Source: an uncultured Dictyoglomota bacterium
Lineage (GTDB): Bacteria > Dictyoglomota > Dictyoglomia > Dictyoglomales > Dictyoglomaceae
Assembly: GCA_964654465.1 (NCBI GenBank)
Contig: CAZZIO010000014.1
Span: 1 to 11,200, forward strand
Length of the DNA stretch: 11,200 bases
Direction of reading: 5' to 3'
Shown: positions 7,056 through 11,200 of the stretch, piece after piece
Layout of the letters: each line of letters opens with the position of its first letter
How positions within the stretch are numbered: the stretch's first letter is position 1
Made by a program: the position numbers and the translations under genes
The notes under the pieces: model-generated
The model's database searches: none
What the model saw: only the letters and a program-made list of their open reading frames with translations
Told to the model about the DNA's origin: nothing

Positions 7056-8414
7056 TTAAAAATTTTTAAGTAGGTATTTTTCCTTTTCTGTTTTTAACAC
7101 CCAATCGGTCAATATGAAAAGATCAAAGTATGTGTTGGTTAATTTTTTGGAAAGTAATTTTATTTCTTTCCAAGCATTTTTATACTCCTTTGGTATATCA
7201 GTTCTGCTTGATTCTCTTTGGGCTATTCTATAGGCTTTGAGGGCAATGTGGATCAAAGGTAAGCCTTCACTATCACTTATATTATCGTTTAGGAATTTGG
7301 GATTGTTTCTAAAGCCAGCTTTATAATAGATGCTTTTTTGTCCTTGTAGAGCATTTAACAATGATAATTTATTTCCTTGTAGTCTTGCAGTTTTTTCTTG
7401 ATTTATTAAATTTACTAAGGCTTGATATTGGGAGTAGGAGGTAGAATATAATGAATTGGCTATGTTTTGGTAATTTTCAATAGTAGATTTTGCTTCTTGA
7501 GCATTTTGTATAGATAATGGTACTTTTTCCCATAATATGCTTTTGGTCCATTGTACGTATTCTACTGCCATGAAACCAGCACTTAAAACATCTCCATAAG
7601 CTGCTCCTAACTCTCCTAAAGCGGTTTTTTGAATTTCATAGATAACACTTGCAAGTTCTATTGTATTATCAATTATCCAATCATTTATAAGATCTAAAAA
7701 AGAGGATGGGAGATAGGCATCTGCTATTCCAGAAAGAATACTGTTTAAGGCTACATTGGTATAAACTTCATTTGGTTTTATATTCTTTATAGATTGGAAT
7801 ATTCCATTATAACCAAAGATGCTTTCTATACCTTGTTTCAATCTTATATCTGCCACACTATTAGCATAGTTCTTCCAATCATTTTCCGAATATAATCCAA
7901 AGATATCTAAGTCGCACCAAGGAGGAGATTCTACTTTTCGCCATCTTCTTACTTCTGCCATATGGGGTAGTTTTATAATCAGATCATTTTCTGGACAATT
8001 TACTCCACCTACAGATCTATTTTCTACAAAATGGATCTCAATTATTTTTCCATAATATTTGGAGGGGATATAGAAGATTTTGAAATTACAGCTATTCAAG
8101 TTTGTTGATGGGATATATTGATTAGCAATTAACTTTACGACACTGCCCTCTCCTTTTGCTTGTTTTGTTTGTTCATTATAGGTGTAGAACTCAATATAAC
8201 AGGATTTTGACTTTGAGGTCATATAAGAGAAATAGTTATTTTTATTTGCATCACAGTAAAATCTTACATAATCTCCATCATGACATAAAATTCCAGCTTG
8301 ATAAGGATAGGTTATTCCAGCAAAGGTTAATTCTGAAAAATTTTTTCCAATAGAAATAGTTAGGAGAATTATGGTAATTAGGAAAATATGAAGGAAATTA
8401 AATCTATTTTTCAT
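7056..8414 (-). CDS. Secreted or membrane-anchored hypothetical protein (452 aa)
   Basis: Long ORF; start reassigned to MKNRFNF (ATG 8414) behind RBS AAAGGAGGT. N-terminal hydrophobic segment, Cys-containing beta-like N-half and helical C-half. No family recognised. Confidence 0.75.
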   Translation of the reverse strand: MKNRFNFLHIFLITIILLTISIGKNFSELTFAGITYPYQAGILCHDGDYVRFYCDANKNNYFSYMTSKSKSCYIEFYTYNEQTKQAKGEGSVVKLIANQYIPSTNLNSCNFKIFYIPSKYYGKIIEIHFVENRSVGGVNCPENDLIIKLPHMAEVRRWRKVESPPWCDLDIFGLYSENDWKNYANSVADIRLKQGIESIFGYNGIFQSIKNIKPNEVYTNVALNSILSGIADAYLPSSFLDLINDWIIDNTIELASVIYEIQKTALGELGAAYGDVLSAGFMAVEYVQWTKSILWEKVPLSIQNAQEAKSTIENYQNIANSLYSTSYSQYQALVNLINQEKTARLQGNKLSLLNALQGQKSIYYKAGFRNNPKFLNDNISDSEGLPLIHIALKAYRIAQRESSRTDIPKEYKNAWKEIKLLSKKLTNTYFDLFILTDWVLKTEKEKYLLKNF

Positions 8415-8483
8415 ATTTTTACCTCCTTTTTTATTAAAATTCATCCTAGTTATTCTTGAAAGATAAAAGGATATACTCTCTCT

Positions 8484-10031
8484 TTACTGCGATTTAAAAG
8501 TAATATTATAGTTCAATATTTTTACTCCTCTTCCTCCAAGAGGATCTCTACTTGCTGTTTCTGCAATATATGGAGCATGGTGATAAAAATCTACTTCGCA
8601 AGCAGATTCTGCAGCACCTAAACAAACTGCTCTTGCCTTTCCTTCTATGTATGCATATATACAGTAAGTAGTGGTTCCTTTTAAACGTATATTTCTAAAA
8701 TCTAATCTGTATGTTCCGTTTACACATTCTGCTGCATCAATAGATTGATTAGCTACTTGTAAAAGAGTTACTAAGGCATCATAACCTGGTACAAAATATC
8801 CCACTAAGCCTCCATATGTGGTATAAACTGTGGATTGTAAATACTCTAACCAATCCTGGGAGGCTTTTTGCCATACTATTGCAGAATATCCAGGTTTATT
8901 TTGGAAATTATATGGATCTGGCCATTCCACTATTCCTACACCAACTTTCCCTAAATACTGAGTGTCACTTGCACCTAAAGGAATTGCATAATCAATTTTT
9001 GCAATTAATCCCTTAACATCTACTGTCATATTTAGATTGCAATTGTAAAAATTGTTATCAGGAGCATTAATTTGAATTTTTCTGTAAGTAAGTACTCTTA
9101 AATAAGAGGTAACATCACTTGCAGGCAGTTTTGCATAAGCATAGACCCATGCCTTCAAATATCCATTATCAATGGTGTATTTATATGTACCAGAGGAAAT
9201 ATCTGCTCCATATCCACTTCCAATTTCTGTATAACTTACCTGAGGGGGGATAGTAACTTGAAGTGTTGTAGTAGGTATTCCAGCAAATCCAAGCCATTGT
9301 ACCCAAACGCTTTGGGCAGGTGTTCCATCATGTTTTATAAGGGAAAGTAAAAAGCCATCCTTTCTGTTATTTACAGCACCAGCAATTACACCAGGTTGTG
9401 CGGATAGTATATATGCAGGATCCTGTGGGAAAGGAGGTGAGAAGCTGATATTTACACCATTTCCGAGTAATTTTACTTCTCCTTTAAATCCATTAAGCTT
9501 TTCATCAGGAACAATAGCTCCCCAAAGTACCCACGCATTTTGGACAGGATTTCCATTGCTATCAACAAGATAAAGGTCGAATCCAGTAGGAGAATTATTC
9601 ATTGTCCCAGAGATTAATGTGTTACCTCCTATCTGTGCATTTGTAACAATAACTGGATATGTGGGAAGATTGAAAGAAATTCTCTGACCATGGCTTGCAA
9701 CTATTATTCCACCTACCATTTTAAGGGATGGATTAGGTAGGAATGCAATCCACTGAACCCATGCAGAGGATACTCTATTTCCTGCATCATCCCTTAGAGA
9801 TATCTTAAACTTATCTTTTTCCACATCTACCGCACAGCTTGATAACGCTCTCCCATTTATCTGAGCAGAAGTTAAGACGACTGGGATATCTGGGAATGTA
9901 AAGTTATAGCTTATAGTCTGACCATCTCTTGCAAATAATACTCCATACTTTGGTGTTATTGGAGCAGCATTTGTAGAAGAAAGAAATATAATGGAAAAGA
10001 TTAAGAGGAATAAAAGGATGCATTTTTTCAT
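8484..10031 (-). CDS. Secreted protein with three tandem H-type-lectin-like repeats and an unknown C-terminal domain (515 aa)
   Basis: Signal peptide (STNA/AP) and RBS GAGGGGGG. Three ~72-aa repeats each show G-x-x-IS[FY], P-x-[VI]-x-x-x-AQ, F-x-[IL]-x-L and W-V-x-W-x-[AG]. A Thr/Pro linker leads to a ~255-aa domain. Confidence 0.75.
   Translation of the reverse strand: MKKCILLFLLIFSIIFLSSTNAAPITPKYGVLFARDGQTISYNFTFPDIPVVLTSAQINGRALSSCAVDVEKDKFKISLRDDAGNRVSSAWVQWIAFLPNPSLKMVGGIIVASHGQRISFNLPTYPVIVTNAQIGGNTLISGTMNNSPTGFDLYLVDSNGNPVQNAWVLWGAIVPDEKLNGFKGEVKLLGNGVNISFSPPFPQDPAYILSAQPGVIAGAVNNRKDGFLLSLIKHDGTPAQSVWVQWLGFAGIPTTTLQVTIPPQVSYTEIGSGYGADISSGTYKYTIDNGYLKAWVYAYAKLPASDVTSYLRVLTYRKIQINAPDNNFYNCNLNMTVDVKGLIAKIDYAIPLGASDTQYLGKVGVGIVEWPDPYNFQNKPGYSAIVWQKASQDWLEYLQSTVYTTYGGLVGYFVPGYDALVTLLQVANQSIDAAECVNGTYRLDFRNIRLKGTTTYCIYAYIEGKARAVCLGAAESACEVDFYHHAPYIAETASRDPLGGRGVKILNYNITFKSQ
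9279..9953 (-). repeat. Three intragenic protein-level repeats (about aa 27-99, 104-175, 182-251)
   Basis: Repeat ends AWVQWIAF, AWVLWGAI and VWVQWLGF. Repeat starts DGQTISY, HGQRISF and NGVNISF. Confidence 0.85.
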
Positions 10032-10055
10032 CTTACCCCCCTCATATTGAAGTAT

Positions 10056-10115
10056 TAAAGAGTTGATGATTTATAAAACTTATTTAGAGGGTGATTTATA
10101 AATCATAACTCTTTA
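10056..10115. repeat. 21-bp inverted repeat with one bulge, overlapping palindrome TGATTTATAAATCA
   Basis: TAAAGAGTTgATGATTTATAAA (10056-10077) pairs with TTTATAAATCATAACTCTTTA (10095-10115). Perfect 14-bp palindrome at 10092-10105. TGATTTATAAA also occurs as a direct repeat at 10067 and 10092. Confidence 0.85.
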
Positions 10116-10120
10116 TATAC

Positions 10121-10150
10121 ATTATATTAAATCAAAAAATGATTTTTTGA
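10121..10150 (-). promoter_or_regulatory. -10 element plus 9-1-9 palindromic operator over the spacer/-35
   Basis: Minus-strand TATAAT at 10126-10121 with no good -35. TCAAAAAAT-G-ATTTTTTGA is a perfect inverted repeat at 10132-10150. Confidence 0.55.
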
Positions 10151-10170
10151 AAGTGATCTGTATCACATTT
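10149..10170 (-). promoter_or_regulatory. CRP/FNR-family binding site
   Basis: Minus strand AAATGTGATACAGATCACTTTC versus the CRP consensus AAATGTGATCTAGATCACATTT. The core TGTGA-N6-TCACT matches 9 of 10 positions and lies just upstream of the -35 region. Confidence 0.7.
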
Positions 10171-10189
10171 CTGAGATTACTTAAACCTT

Positions 10190-11200
10190 TTACGCTTTGA
10201 CAATGGGGAGCTCATTCCAAGATGTGGTAAATCTTCTTGATTTTCTTCTCTGCCTCATCCTCCATTTTTGATTTTCAGAAGGAATACCATTTATGGCAGG
10301 AATGATTGTGTTTCTTCCGTATTTTTGGTTTATCTCGTCTAATGCCTTCATAAGTTCTTCGTCTTTGCTTTTGGGGTATGGAGTATAGAAAAAGTTTAAT
10401 TGAATTTCTTTTTCCTGAGTAAGTCCCATTAGTATAACTCCTGCTTTTTTATACTTTATCCCCTCTTTGTATATTTTTCTTAATCCTAAAAGGGCATAGC
10501 TAATCAATTCCATAGTGTTTGCTGTAGGTCTTTCTAAAGGTATAGTAATCTCATTGAAATATTGAGGGGTATCTTTGAAGGGGTTTGAAAGGAGGAATAT
10601 TTGGATGTAATTGGCAAGAGCTTTTTGTTTTCTAAGTTTTTCTGAGGATATAGTAATAAAGTTTGATATGGCGGTCTCGAGATCTTCAATATTTTCAATA
10701 TCGCTTCCAAAGGATCTGGATGTAATAATTGATTTTCTAGGAGGTGGCATATCTTCAAAGGGTATACAAGATATACCTCTTAATTCCCATACAAGTCTTA
10801 ATCCTATTATAGTAAGGAATTTTCTAATGAAACTATCAGGAAGATTTTTTAGTTTATAGGCAGTGTCTATTCCTTTACTTTTTAAAAATTCTGCATACCT
10901 TTTACCAATTCCCCATATGTCTTCTACAGGAAAATTTTTTAATATCTCATCTGGATCTTTTATATCCAGGAAATTAAATACCTTTTCATTCTTATCTTTT
11001 TTAGCAATTTTGAGGGCTATTTTGGCTAAGACCTTTGTGGGACCTATTCCTATGCTAACAGGTATGCCTATCCATTTTAATATGGTTTTTCTTATCTCTT
11101 TTCCTATGGATGTATAATCTTTGTTTTCTTCATATGGAAACATTAAAAATGCTTCATCTATAGAGTAGATCTCTATATCGGGCGAAAATAATGATAAAGT
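10190..11200 (-). CDS. umuC: Y-family DNA polymerase, UmuC/Pol V-like (5' end outside the window)
   Basis: The frame stays open to the window edge and reads TLSLFSPDIEIYSIDEAFLM, containing the catalytic SIDE motif. Also SIGIGPTKVLAKIA, HhH DIWGIG, little finger KSIITSRSFG and YKKAGV, and the DUF4113-type tail WRMRQRRKSRRFTTSWNELP typical of UmuC. Confidence 0.9.
   Translation of the reverse strand, partial: TLSLFSPDIEIYSIDEAFLMFPYEENKDYTSIGKEIRKTILKWIGIPVSIGIGPTKVLAKIALKIAKKDKNEKVFNFLDIKDPDEILKNFPVEDIWGIGKRYAEFLKSKGIDTAYKLKNLPDSFIRKFLTIIGLRLVWELRGISCIPFEDMPPPRKSIITSRSFGSDIENIEDLETAISNFITISSEKLRKQKALANYIQIFLLSNPFKDTPQYFNEITIPLERPTANTMELISYALLGLRKIYKEGIKYKKAGVILMGLTQEKEIQLNFFYTPYPKSKDEELMKALDEINQKYGRNTIIPAINGIPSENQKWRMRQRRKSRRFTTSWNELPIVKA

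Noticed and set aside
5969-9016. Short plus-strand ORFs 5969-6160, 8156-8353 and 8816-9016
   Set aside because: Antisense shadows of well-supported minus-strand genes.
10534-11117. ORFs 10534-10758, 10611-10859 and 10863-11117
   Set aside because: Alternative-frame or antisense ORFs within umuC.
11141-11143. ATG 11143 as the umuC start
   Set aside because: The frame continues upstream through the catalytic SIDE motif to the window edge.
1-11200. CRISPR array, tRNA/rRNA, IS element or known riboswitch
   Set aside because: No regularly spaced repeats, RNA-gene signatures, transposase motifs or recognisable aptamer consensus seen by eye; an Rfam scan would be needed to exclude them.

Overview
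AT-rich bacterial window; the Lys/Glu/Ile-rich proteins suggest a thermophile such as a Dictyoglomus-like organism (inference only). It has three blocks. (1) 1-4159 (+) is the 3' end of a restriction-like defence operon: a minimal nucleotidyltransferase (MNT), a 19-codon mini-ORF that looks like a collapsed HEPN toxin, a separately translated C-terminal half of a DUF1156-type adenine methyltransferase, and a DUF499 AAA+ ATPase. (2) 4510-10031 holds five consecutive genes for exported proteins: a 7-bladed beta-propeller lipoprotein broken by one extra base (+), then, converging on a shared terminator, a DOMON protein, an acidic CBM-like protein, an uncharacterised 452-aa protein and a protein with three tandem H-type-lectin-like repeats (-). 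The last gene sits behind a promoter region with a near-consensus CRP-family box and two other palindromes. (3) 10190->11200 (-) is a 5'-truncated UmuC-like Y-family polymerase. The best leads are the split methyltransferase with MNT/HEPN-remnant cargo and the tightly regulated lectin-repeat secreted operon.
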